Below the pieces are notes generated by a model. That model saw only the letters and a program-made list of their open reading frames with translations. It was not told where the DNA came from and made no database searches. This document shows positions 12,417 through 24,246 of a stretch of 64,000 nt of DNA, in pieces. The position numbers and the translations under genes are program-made. The stretch is taken from NCBI GenBank assembly GCA_907165135.1, contig OU015566.1, positions 11,284,001 to 11,348,000 of the forward strand. The letters run 5' to 3'. The number at the start of each line of letters is the position of its first letter. The stretch's first letter is position 1. This DNA comes from Oikopleura dioica. Taxonomy: Eukaryota; Animalia; Chordata.

Positions 12417-14538
12417 ATGGTCCATCTGCGAACTCTTCTCGCAGCCACACTCACAGGTGCAACCTCTGCCAGTGCTGGTGAAAACTTCCGAGGCCGATTG
12501 GAGATTCAGTACGACTATTTGAGCACAGAAATGCACACCGACACCCTCAAAGTCTGCGTGCTCAACTTCAACTACCACCCCGACCCTCGCCGATGCGAAG
12601 ACGCTCCAGAAGGAAAGCTAGAAAGCAAGTCAGAAATTGGAATCTTCGGAACTGGTCAAGTCGCCATCACCGGCCATGGCTCCCGCCAAGTGGATCTTCC
12701 CTTCACCGCTGTTTGGCCGGTAAGTCAAAGTGAATTTTCTTAATCGCCCCTCATTACTCGAACAAGCGCTAAAAATGAGTATTCCAATTATTTCGCGCTC
12801 ATTCGCAAGGAAAAAATACATCAAAGTTTTACAGTTCTTTCTAACAGTTGCTTAGGGTCCCATAAGCGTGCACTTTTATAGCCAATAAGACATTTCTTGT
12901 TTCACTTATTGACATTTCGCACGCGATAAATATGTACTAAATTTTGTCAACACCTTTTTCGTCTGCTGAAAAGTGCAAAATTGAAACCCATTTCAAAGGG
13001 GCGGCGGACAGGAAACCAGCGGGGTAGAACACTTGTTTGGCTTAGCCTATCAATCTGTGATGTTAAACCCGCTCTATGTCTGTGTGGCTAACCTTATCAG
13101 CGTGATACCCATTTGTCCGCTCTTCGAGGTCCCCTAAATACTTTGAGCTGATTTTTATCTTTATCTAACCTTTTCATTTTCAGGGCGATCTGTCCGTCAT
13201 CACCTGGACCGGCAAGGATGAGCGCGTTCATACCTTTTCCGGCGAGCTCAAGGCTGGAAAAGACTGGAAGCGAATCAACGTCCAGGATGTCCATCTTCGC
13301 GCTAGAGTCACTTGCTTAGCTAACTTCTACGGCGAGGACTGCAACACCATCTGCATTTCCCCTTCTGAGAGCAAGAAGAGAGTAGTAGGCTTCTACTCGT
13401 GCAACAAAAATGGCGAAAAAGTCTGCGATCCCGGCTTTGAAACCGATGCCAACGATGAACTTCCCTGCCAACGACGTAAGTTTACTTGCCCCGGTTTAAA
13501 TTATAAATTAAAAAGTAACGCGCCCTCAGGCCCGTGCCAAGACGCAAGTATTGTGCCCAGCCCCCAGGTGCGTGTTATTCAGAAAGTCTCCAATTTCTCG
13601 AAAGTACAAAAGCGAGACTATTTTCATTACGCACTTCCGGTTGCCTCTTGTCACCATATGACTTGAGTGATTAGCGAATTAACTTTTCGCCAATATCAAA
13701 AAAGTCGGCCATCAAACCCCTTGCGCCTTTGAATCGTTAATCCGCAAATTTCCCATCAATTTTTCGCGCCGCGCTGATTTTTCAGTAGAGACAGGAACTC
13801 TCATCTTCAATCATCTAACCAATCTTTTCAGGAATCTGTCCAGCAAACTGCGCCGAATGCTCATCTAACGGACGCTGTCGAAAATGCGAGCCGGGCTACT
13901 CCAGATCTAACAGTCGAACTTGCGAGAAACTCTCCTCTCCTCGAGTCATCACTTCTCCATGCGCTTCTTCACCCTGTGGCGATAATGGCAGCTGCATCGT
14001 CAAAGGCAACTCCTTCCAATGCCTCTGCAAAACTGGCTTCATCGGTGCTCTCTGCGAAGTTACTGCGGCTCCTGAACCACTAACTGCGCCATGCACCGCC
14101 ACTTGCGCCAACAACGGAGTGTGCATCGAAGGAAACAAATGTTATTGTCCCGAAGGCTTCACTGGCGAGTTCTGCGAAATCGAAGAAAAAGACACCCTTC
14201 TCCTTGGAATCGTTGCTGGAGTCTTGCTTTCCGTGCTCGGTGGCCTCGTTGTCGTTGCGGGAGTTATCATTCGAAGACGCTCTCAGATGCGCAAGAACAC
14301 TTCCGATGTCGTTTTCGAGGAAGAAGGAATCATGGAAGACGGAGGACCTTCTCACTCTCGGGCCGAGGGTGACGTTCTCATCTCGTCCCAGGCTGATACC
14401 ATCCACAAGGCCGCCTACTCCAAGCCCAGCTCGCCTGTCAAGCCTACTAAAAACCTCCAAGACGCCTCGTTCATCACCACCTCGTCGGATATGAGCTTAT
14501 CGGCACCGCCCTCGTACAACGAAGCTCTTCAATCGTAA
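12417..14538 (+). CDS. Delta-like (DSL) Notch ligand: signal peptide, MNNL/C2, DSL, furin-like Cys repeat, 2 EGF, TM, tail ending in PPSY
   Basis: Exons 12417-12719, 13184-13475, 13832-14538 (GT-AG). VDLPFTAVWP|GDLSVI (MNNL); RVTCLANFYGEDCNTIC...YSCNKNGEKVCDPGF (DSL); CASSPCGDNGSC...CLCKTGFIGALC and CANNGVC...CYCPEGFTGEFC (EGF); LLLGIVAGVLLSVLGGLVVVAGVII (TM). Confidence 0.85.
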
Positions 14539-14843
14539 CTCTCTTTTTTATCCTCGCCCAGTTTATAATTTACACCGCCAGCCAGCTTGACGAGCTTCTT
14601 ATTGTGAGAATTACTTTTTTGTATATTTTTGATGCTCTTTTTTCTTCAGCGCGCCTCATATTTCTTGAAAAAATACAAAACCTAATCCAAAAACAATAGT
14701 CATCTCCCGGATCTTTTATTTAATTATTTTCACTAGAATCAATTTTTTACAACTTATCGAGATAGAAAACTATCCAATCGTCTGCCTGCTTTGTGCTTCC
14801 TCTTTACTCTTATTTTTACAGCTGATGTAAAAATTGCTTTTAA

Positions 14844-15524
14844 GGGATCCCCCCCTAATTTCCGGAACTTTGACCCGTATCTACTTTTTTCTCGCCTTAC
14901 GTATGAGGCTGATTTTGGGCGCAGATTAAAGCCCGTTTTTTACTGAACAAACGCATGCATGATAAGCCCTAGGTTCTAACATTCACTTATGCATTTGATG
15001 CCTCTTAAGTGACTTAAGTTGGCAAAAATGGCCATTTTGGGCCAACTTCAAGTTGTATCTACTTTTTTTTGGCCTTTTGAATTCCCAAAATCTCTTGATT
15101 TTTATAAAGTTAAGACCCTAGGCTACATTTGCATGCATGTTCACGATGATTGAAAAAGTAGACAAAATTTTTCTCGTTGTAAAACTTTCGGCCGTAATTT
15201 TAGCCATTTTTTGGAGTCTTTTTGCTCTCTGGCACCACCAAGTGATAATTTTTTTTCTCTAAAACTAGTTTTTTCTTGATAAGGGCGTTATATGCTTTCA
15301 AATAAGCCCTTATTTGCCTCGTTATCAAGACTTACAAATTTCGAAAAAATCGAAAATTTTCTCTAAGTATAGATTATAATGCAATTTCAAAGCGCTGTCA
15401 CGGGTTATCACGGGATCCAGGGCCCTTGATATTATAGTAAAAAATGACCCTCAGATCACGAGGAATCCAAATATGTACCTCTCGATACTTTTTGGGAAAA
15501 TTTTTCGGATCGGGGGGGGATCCC
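14844..15524. mobile_element. Non-autonomous TTAA-targeting element, Kolobok-like (681 bp)
   Basis: 12-bp TIR GGGATCCCCCCC (14844-14855) / GGGGGGGATCCC (15513-15524); TTAA on both sides (14840-14843, 15525-15528). Purine-first termini fit Kolobok rather than piggyBac. Confidence 0.75.
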
Positions 15525-16661
15525 TTAAATTAGCCTGACTGTGATATTACGAATTATTATTTTCCGCGCGCTAGAAAGCTTTTAACAAAATCCTCTCCTC
15601 CTAGAGTTCAGATATTCGCCTGTATCTATAAATATATGATCCCTACATTAGAAACAAACATACAGTGCTAGTTACTTTACTGTACTTCTGCTTAGATAGG
15701 GCTCGTTTGAGTTTATAGAGTTAAATTCAGACATCAGTGACAGATTACACTGCCAGAAAATAAATTACAAAAACAAAATTCAAGTTGCTATGAATCGAGC
15801 AAGAAGAAACGTGAAAGCGTTCAGGTGCAAGTAGGTTTACGAGGTCAGTCTGACATTAATCAACTCGTCAGAGCAGTATATTTACGGCTTGCAGAGAAAA
15901 ATGAGCAAACAAGCATCTTATAAAAGAGCTGCTACCGCTTTAAACTCACTTGTCACTTTTATTTCCCGAAACGTGCGAGAAACTACTTCCGGCACTTGGG
16001 TGGTGTGCCCTCTCACCTCTGGCAGTTGTATAGCTCGTTAGTAAATTTGTGCATGTCCATTTTATGGCTCAAACAGCATCGCGGGAATCTACTTCTGAAA
16101 CATCACTTCATAATTTGAGGGTAGCTACTCAACACGAGGGAATTTTTTGTGACAACTTGTGGCGGCTTGAGTTTCCGGGCACAATCACTTTTTGATTGAA
16201 AGGGATGCTATCAATTATCGTCATTTTAGAATTTTGTGTATTTCGAGGATACATTCAACAAGGTAATTGAGGGCATTAGATGAATATTCTATGATAGTCA
16301 TTGTTGAGGTGTTAGTTTCTGACGAATCAAAAGTATTTCATCCAAAAATTTAGCTGCGGAGACAACAAGGAGAATTCAAATCGAGCTTTTATTCTTGGTC
16401 ATTAAATTTTTTTTTTCATTTGGATCATTCATCCTTTTTCTTCTTATCCTCGAGATTCTTGAGCTAGAAGAAAACTTGAGGAAAGATTTCAGAAAGCTGT
16501 GTTACCTTCAACGCGACTTTTGAGTATTTACAAGTGGCAGCCATGACAGTATTTGAGCTTCAATCGGTTTTTCAATGATCAAATTATATTTTAATAGAGT
16601 ATCACTGCGAAATCTCAGCCGACTAATCGTTAGGTAGAAAGAAAATATCGAGTGCCAGAGA

Positions 16662-16906
16662 ATGAGCAGAGGAAGATGTACTCATTCTCACGAGGCTTGT
16701 TGCTTGGCCACAATATTTTGCGTTTTTCTAGCGCTGATTATTTTCGGCAATTTGACTGGATACAAGGCAAATAATCATTGGGTAAGAAATAATCTAAGGA
16801 TTTCGATTAATTTCGACTTTAGAACGGTAGAATAGCTAGAAACGCTAGCAATCAGCATTTCATTTGGGACGGATCATCGTTAAGCGATACTGCGCATCAT
16901 GAATAA
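16662..16906 (+). CDS. Candidate 67-aa spliced single-TM microprotein
   Basis: Exons 16662-16781 and 16823-16906 joined by a 41-nt GTAAG...TTTAG phase-0 intron: MSRGRCTHSHEACCLATIFCVFLALIIFGNLTGYKANNHW|NGRIARNASNQHFIWDGSSLSDTAHHE*. Confidence 0.4.
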
Positions 16907-16973
16907 CCGAGTCAAGTTGGGCAAGTACTGCATTTATGCAGCTAAAAAGGTTTAACTTCAAAAGCTTCAATGT

Positions 16974-18543
16974 CTATTTTAGCACCTGATACATAGAAAT
17001 TGCCTGTCGCCTGTCCTTGCAATTCTCCCAGTTGCTTTTAATCTCTTCTTCTTTCATCGTTGTGTTCTTCGTCTCTTCCACTGAATAAAAATACTTTATT
17101 TTCAATAAGTTTAGGTCGATGATACGCGTATATGTTTTAAAGCCGTGGTCGCTCGATGAAAATAGAATTAGCAAGAGCAGTAATGCATTTGCGTTCTTTC
17201 CGCGTTTACCGCGCGAGAGAATAAATTACTTGAAAATTTACTCTTCTATTTCGTTAAAAAATTCTTACCGATTTTTGCGTTTGACTTCGTCATTTTCTTT
17301 AAGAAGCATTTCATCCCTCTTTCTCTCGATTTTTATACAAAAGTGCAATTTGAAGAAAACAGGCTCCAAGCAACGACCTTTCTTGTAATAAGGTTATCGG
17401 AATACTCGAATAGTCGTATGCTGCAGGGATATTCAGTTGGTGGTACTGGCATTGCGTTGCCCGGCGAGATGGAAAATGTTTCAATCAGCTGAGGATCATC
17501 TCATCACGCCTGCCAGCTTATCATGGGTCAAAGAACGGGGCAAATAAAGATCGTGTGATTAAAGCTCTTCAAACCTGCTCATTTACTGTATTTTTTTTGC
17601 AAGACAGATTCTCATTTGAACCTCATTTGTCAAAATTGAATGTTTTTACGAAAATATTCAGTGTTAAAAAAGGCTTCAATGTTCAATTTGTTGAAAATTG
17701 TTCAATAGTCTTGCGACTGCTATCTGCTCATAATCCGAGCTTTCAAACACAATAGAAAAACGGCTGCTTTGAGATGTCACTTGTGTTTGTGGAAGTTGTT
17801 TCCTGCGTCGTTCATTTCTAGTAAGTCTTCGTGCAAGCAAGTACGTGGAGTATGCTTATCCGCCCGCGGCGATAACTACGGCTCCTCCACCATCACTTGC
17901 TCTCCTCATAAAAGCATTTAACCTTTTACCGGCTAAAAATCACTTATCCCCTGAAATTTTAAAAATACCAAAAATTGGTCACTCTTCTTTCACTTTCATA
18001 AGAGTAGGTGAAATGATATAATCGCGTTGGGAATATTCGAAGAAGAGAAAAAGAAAGGCTGAAGAAAACGTGAGAACCGAGATAGTAAAAAAGGTGAACG
18101 CACGATCTTGCACGTGAATGGTTCTACTACCTGTATTGCGCTTTGAAAAGTTCCAGGGAAAGCAAATAAACAAAAATTACCTAAACTTTTTTTTTGATTA
18201 TTATTAATAAAAAATATTTTTTGTTCATGATTATTTTGGTAAAAAAAAAATCAAAATAATCCTCATTATATTTTAAGAAAATTAAATATAAGGTTAATTG
18301 AAAAACTCTAATTGAAATAGTCTTTTTAAACGAGACTGGTAGATACTAATTGTCTCAACTGCAAACACTCCGGAGTCCTTCTAACAAGAGTACAATCCAA
18401 GTTGAAGTTATTTCCATACCAAGTCCTTTTGACCCCATAACTGCTTGGTTCAATATATCTCGAACCAGGAGATTAGCATCAGCCTTCCGCGTTTCCAAAA
18501 ATATTTTCCTTTGGTAGCTACATTCAAATTTACACGTAGCCAT
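16974..18543 (-). CDS. Possible multi-exon membrane protein; structure unresolved
   Basis: Scattered open segments, including a hydrophobic helix (RAFTFFTISVLTFSSAFLFLFFEY, ~18020-18110) and PQLIETFSISPGNAMPVPPTEYPC (~17420-17490). Confidence 0.25.
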
Positions 18544-19171
18544 GTTTTGACCGAATACATCTTATGAAATAACAACGAAATTATATTATTTTAACCCGCG
18601 TCTGGTTTTGATCCCTTTTTGGGCTCACCACGAAAATGTCACAATTGACGTGTCAAATAAAGCCCCTTTAGAGGTTCATTCGGTTAGACGTGTAATTATG
18701 AATTACATGATATGAATTCCGTAATAATTTAGCGCCTTGGAGAAAGCATAATTTATTATGATATCAGCACTATTTTTCCATAAATAATAGAGGGCAACTA
18801 CCAGCCACTTGGGCCAATACAAGGAAAGAGAGTTTTTTCTTTGTCAACATAAAAATGATTTTCGCAGACTTGTATAATATTGTGCTGAATATCACCGCCT
18901 TGAGCCCTTTGATTGGACAAAGACTTACATGTTACATGTATAATCCAGGATACTCTAACACGATTATCCTCAAACTGTGGGCATTTTCAATGGCTTTTGA
19001 AAGTCCTTTAACGAGCTTTTAAGAGTTTCTAGTGCGCGGGCCTAATTATAAATCATCCTGCTTCTTGAATTTAGCTCCACGTAATAGGCACTAACCGCAA
19101 AATAGCCTCAAAATACCACTGAGCGTACTTGAACGAAAGTAATTTCTTACGATCATTTTCAGAAATCGAAA

Positions 19172-20205
19172 ATGACGGTCAATTATTACGAAGAAGAAGT
19201 CTTGCTAAACGAAGGCGGCGTTTCAACCATGGTGGAGATTAAAAACCAAGGCTACCCCGACTCGTTGAAGCCAAACTCTGTCGCAAAGTATGCGATTTAC
19301 GCCGCCCCAGGTGGTCGGATCAAGGTTAGTTTTAACTCGTTTAATCTTCCAAAGCACGATGGATGTTCAAACTTATGGCTCACGATCTCCGAAGATCCTA
19401 ATTTGAGGTAATTTTTATTTTAAATCAAAGCCAGTTTTCTGATAAATTTTATAGTGAAAATTCTCCTCAAGCAAAATGGTGCGGCAACAATAACCCTCAT
19501 TATGCAGTTTCTCGTTCAAACAGAATCTTTGTCTACGTCTTCGCCAAATCCAACCTCTCCAACTCGTCCAAAAACTTCATCCTGAAACTTGAAGAGAGCT
19601 CGGAATCATCAAATCTAGACGCTCTCTTCAAAGGAAATCAAGAGTACTACGAGAAGGAAGGGATCGCTCAGGCTTCAGGAATGGGCTTCGGAAGCATTTT
19701 AATGTAAGCCGTTTTGCTTGGTATGGAGCGAACGTAATGCTCAAATTTGCGCGTTGATTTGCCGGAAATACCTTGAAAATTCCACTTTCAAGCCTCAAAA
19801 GAACCGATTTTTGTTGATGAGAATTTTGCCCAAAGCTACCAGCCACAATCCGCTTCTACAAGCATTTCATCATCAGCCGGAGATTCAACCCTCTTCTCAT
19901 TTCCTGGCTTTGGACCTCCTATTGCCCCGCGCAATCCGACTCAATCTCAAGTTTTTATTCAAGATGGGAGCCAAGTGCCTCAGCACACATCATCGAATGA
20001 TGTAGCGCAAGTTGTTGTGAATTCTGCCCGGCCGGTGTTTTCAGATTCGATGTTCATCGTCCCCGAAAGGAATTTTACTGGTGGCGATTTTAAACTTCTA
20101 CCACCGCGAACAACTGCCAAGATGCGAAGGTATTTGAATTCTTTGCCGCCAATGTTATTAGACAATCGATTAGACAAGCGCTTTTTGCATCGCTTGGAGG
20201 ACTGA
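19172..20205 (+). CDS. CUB-domain protein with low-complexity C-terminus
   Basis: NQGYPDSL...YAIYAAPGGRIKVSFNSFNLPKHDGCSNLWLTISE | KWCGNNNP...SRSNRIFVYVFAKS...NFILK matches the CUB pattern. Final exon ends at TGA 20205. Confidence 0.75.
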
Positions 20206-20393
20206 TGATTGCAATTTTTATGCTGAGCTTCATCATTTGGAGAATCGCTAAAACAACATGTATGAAGAAGAAAGAAAAGGATCAAGATCTTCCTCGAGCC
20301 CACCGTGCTAGAAATCGAAGATAGTGAGTTTTTCTATCGATTTTGAACTCTGTAAATAAATATATCAACAATCTTGAAAAGAAAAAAAGTCAT

Positions 20394-21843
20394 TTATTGG
20401 TAAAGAGCGATAAGGCAGCAGAGAAAATGGTGAATAGAATTAAAGACCAGTGGAAGAAGCTCGCTCTCTTCCTTCTTTGATCCACGGGTGGTGGAGGATG
20501 TCTTCGAATGTTGGACGTTCCTCCTCGTTCGGATTTAATATCCATTTGATAAAATCGCGAATATGCCTTGAGAAAGATAAGATAAAATGAAAACGCTTGA
20601 ATAATGGTACCTTGGAACTTGTACAGCAGCTTTGAATCTTAGATCACTTCGGATGATATCTCGTTCTTTTGGGAAGGGAACTTCTCCTTGCGTCATTGTA
20701 TAGAGCTTTTTGGGTTCAAAAATTATATCTAATTCAAAAAAGAACGAAATGGTTTTGCCGCTTTTACGAAGATTTAAGAACCGTGGCAGAACACCCATCG
20801 ACCATACTGAAGCTCGTTTTCCATCATATCTTCTTTCCCTGAACCATTCTGGAGGGTAGAATTCAGGAGTTCCTGCGAATTCTGTGTAGCAAGAATCCTA
20901 AAAATTTCATCATTTTTATGTTTTTTTTTTCTTCAATTTACTACCTTTAGTCGCGTTCCGCAGCCAAAATCAATCAGTTTTGCTTCAAAAGGCGATTTTG
21001 GATCGTAGTCGATTTTGCGCGAGAGAAGGATGTTCTCATCCTTGATATCTCTGTGGAGTACTCCGTTGTTGTGGCAGTGGATAATTGATTCTAGGATCTA
21101 CAAAATAAATGTTAGCCAAGACAATGTCTATTTATAAATATTATGGTTGCGCCACATCTTCATCGATGCTAATTATATAGTTCAAGATTTAGACAAATTG
21201 CAATTGCCCCATTTACCTGGATAAAGATATCTCGGACGACAGGTTCTCTAATCGGACCAGCTTGGTTCAGATAGTCGAATAGATCGATGTGTCTCTCAGG
21301 GCGTTCCATGACAAGAACATAACTTGACTTCCGCTCGTACCAATCGATCATCTGTACGATTCCTAAAGCTTGTTAGATCTCGACCTCTTGATTTTCCTAC
21401 CTTTATGACCGTCGGAAACTTTGTCCAAAAGCTCGAATTCGATTGGGACCATTTTTCCTTGAACGCGGCCCCATCTTTTTACTTTTTGCTTTGGGACTTG
21501 CTTGATTGCGACTTTGAGACCATCATAGCGTCTAAAAATTACTCTTACTGACCTTTTTGGTAGGCTTAAAAATTTACCTGACGCCGCCATAGACGGTGCC
21601 CCCACCGCCGACCCCAACTACACCAGTAATCTCATAGAGCTTTTTGAATTCTTGGGCTCTTTCACGCGACTCCAGCTTGATGGTTTTCCTCTCGAGTACT
21701 TTGGGACTTGTCGGCGTGCCGCTACTTTCTGATTTCTCCTTCTCCGCCGGATCATCACGGTCTAAGCACCGGTTTTGCACCGGCTGGCGAGCTGCCAGCG
21801 CGCTTCCAATGAGATTTCTTTTAGAAAAATGTTTTTCATTCAC
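20394..21843 (-). CDS. PIM: Pim-family Ser/Thr kinase; start codon uncertain
   Basis: [13 protein letters not shown]|[82 protein letters not shown]. The ERP hinge and 'AIK.V.K...VP.E..LL' pattern are Pim-typical. Confidence 0.88.
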
Positions 21844-22177
21844 GCAGATTTCATTTTTTACAGTGACAGCTAGATTTAGATTGAGAGCAGCTTAGCTTTA
21901 ATCAAAAGTAGTTTCCCGTACGAAGTTGTGATGCCCTGGTAGTTAACACTTTTAACTTTTTTTATCGCTTGCTTGTCATATGCACTGATTTTTCGCCCAT
22001 AAAATGAGCAACTGTCGCCCGGAGGAGGTAGTTTTGGCATAAAAGTCCCATGAGCAGCGAGATTTCTTTAGTTTTTTGATTAAATTCGATAACTAAGGTA
22101 AGAAAAAAGAGAATAAGGGAGAGATAATTCTGTTTTTGTGAAAAAAGATTGTAAATTAATATTCTTAGAACTCGAAA

Positions 22178-22747
22178 ATGGCACCAAAGAAGCAGGGAAA
22201 GAAGAAGGCTGGTACCTCCAACGTCTTCTCTCAGTTCGAGCAGTCCCAGATCCAGGAGTTCAAGGAAGCCTTCGGCATGATCGACGCTAACCGAGACGGT
22301 TTCATCGACAAGGACGATCTCCGAGCTACCTACGCTTCCCTCGGTGTCATGTCCATCGAAAACTCCAAGCTCGAGGAGATGATGGCTGAGGCCCCCGCCG
22401 CCATCAACTTCACCGTTTTCCTCTCCATGCTCGCTGACAAGCTCAACGGTGCCGACTCCGAGGACACCATCGTCAACGCCTTCAAGCTTTTCGATCCCGA
22501 GGGCAAGGGTACCATCCCCAAGGATTATCTCGCTGAGGTCCTTACCACCCAGGCTGACCGATTCAACGAGGAAGAGCTCAAGTCCATGATGGACGCTGCT
22601 TCCATCGATGAAGCCGGCAACCTCGACTACAAGGTAATCAATTAAATTCTCTACATATTCCAATAATTTTAGGGACTCGCTTACATCATCACCCACGGTG
22701 ACGACGAGGAAGGCGAAGAAGAAGAAGGCGATGAAGAAGAAGAATAA
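22178..22747 (+). CDS. MRLC: Myosin II regulatory light chain, muscle-like, with acidic C-terminal extension
   Basis: MAPKK...TSNVFSQFEQSQIQEFKEAFGMIDANRDGFIDKDDL, INFTVFLSMLADKLNGAD, NLDYK|GLAYIITHG; intron 22634-22672; strong C-ending codon bias. Confidence 0.95.
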
Positions 22748-24246
22748 ATTTCTTCAAAAAACTCTATTCTATTCTGAAGCAAATTCTGACTGCTATTTTG
22801 TTTCTCAAAGTATCCGTAGTTGGAAATGTCCTTTCTGGCTATCTTACACTTTCTTTTCTGAATGAGATTGACCTTTGTTTGCAAACTGTGAGCAAAATGT
22901 TCTCGCTTTCAGGCGAATAAAATAGTAATCAGTTTTTAATATCTCTTCTATAAACTTTTGATTGTGAATGAAAAACGCTCTCCTGTGAAGTAAAATCTCG
23001 TTGAAAATGAAAAAGATTGTAATTATGGAATGGATGGAAGCTCAGCCATATTTTATAGTGCATAATCACGTGATGATTCGGATCCCTAACAATTGTCTCT
23101 TCGAACCGATACTCAGGGGCTGGGACATTCAGCTTCCAGCTCACTTCAGGCCGAATTAATTTCTTATTTTCTCTCTCGCGTAGATTCTCTTATGTATTCA
23201 ATTGGGATTCTCTAAGATCTTTCTCGGGTGAGTGATTATTATGAGTTCGAAATTACGCTTGCAAGCCTGATCGAGTATTTTATTCTAGCACCGCTCAGAC
23301 ACATGCGCCCACTCGCCACTTCTGATTCCGTAATGATAAAGGTGCCATCGCTACCGGCCATGCCAAATTGCACCAGGCACCACTACCACCAATTCCAAAT
23401 CATCATATTCCGGGAATAATGCGCATCTCAAAACGACCAAGATTTGATTCAATTTAACGAACTCGAGCAGATTTGGAACAGTTTTATTGACAGGGCAAAA
23501 GTGCTTTGTTATGGGAGTACATACAAGTTTTTCATAAACAAAAAGCTGCGGAGCCGAGGCCTGGATGTTATGACCCGGACAAGAGGTTACTTGTTGTCAT
23601 ATCAAATGATCCAGGCTGTTTTTGGACGATTGTAATCACGCCACGAGTGTCTTAATTTAACGTTTGAGATTTTTTTTAAAATTGCTATTTTCTAACGCTG
23701 GCCCAAGTCTGAGGCATTCCCTCGAAAGGAACATAAAACCTTGTCGAACATGGGCTAATGCGGTTATCGCTCTGGCTCACCTGGACCCTTTTAATATTTG
23801 CTTATCATTTTCTTGAGAGCTTAAGAACTCACTTGTGACGAGCGTAACCGGAGATTATGCAAAAAAACCAATTTCTAACCTTGAATTAATTGGAGCGCCA
23901 ACTGTGCCAAAACAGTTTTGTTCTTCGCTTTTTCGCCAAAAGGTTTGTTGAAATATGTGACGCAAAGATTTTCTAGCTCTGATAAATTTCCGCGAATTCC
24001 AACGAGTGTGTGGCCCGTCTGAAATTTGTCGTAAAACACACGTAGATATGAAAATTGCCTATCTCACCTGAATACAGGCCAGTGTTCCCGGCATTTCATG
24101 GAAGTTTTCGATGGCAAAAACTTGGAGTATCTGGTGGATTACGATGGCGGTTTCTTCGAGAGACACATTCATTGCCAATCGAGCTTCAATTATTTCAGAT
24201 TTTTGACCTTCAGATAACAGTTTATATAGATTTCTATATAATTTTG

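Noticed and set aside
13530-13567. Possible micro-exon in Delta-like intron 2 (18 nt in frame, or 38 nt frameshifting)
   Set aside because: Splice sites are plausible, but inclusion adds an unpaired Cys or truncates the protein; unsupported without RNA data.
21962-22696. 244-aa minus-strand ORF over the myosin light chain
   Set aside because: Shadow ORF caused by strong codon bias of the sense gene; no motifs.
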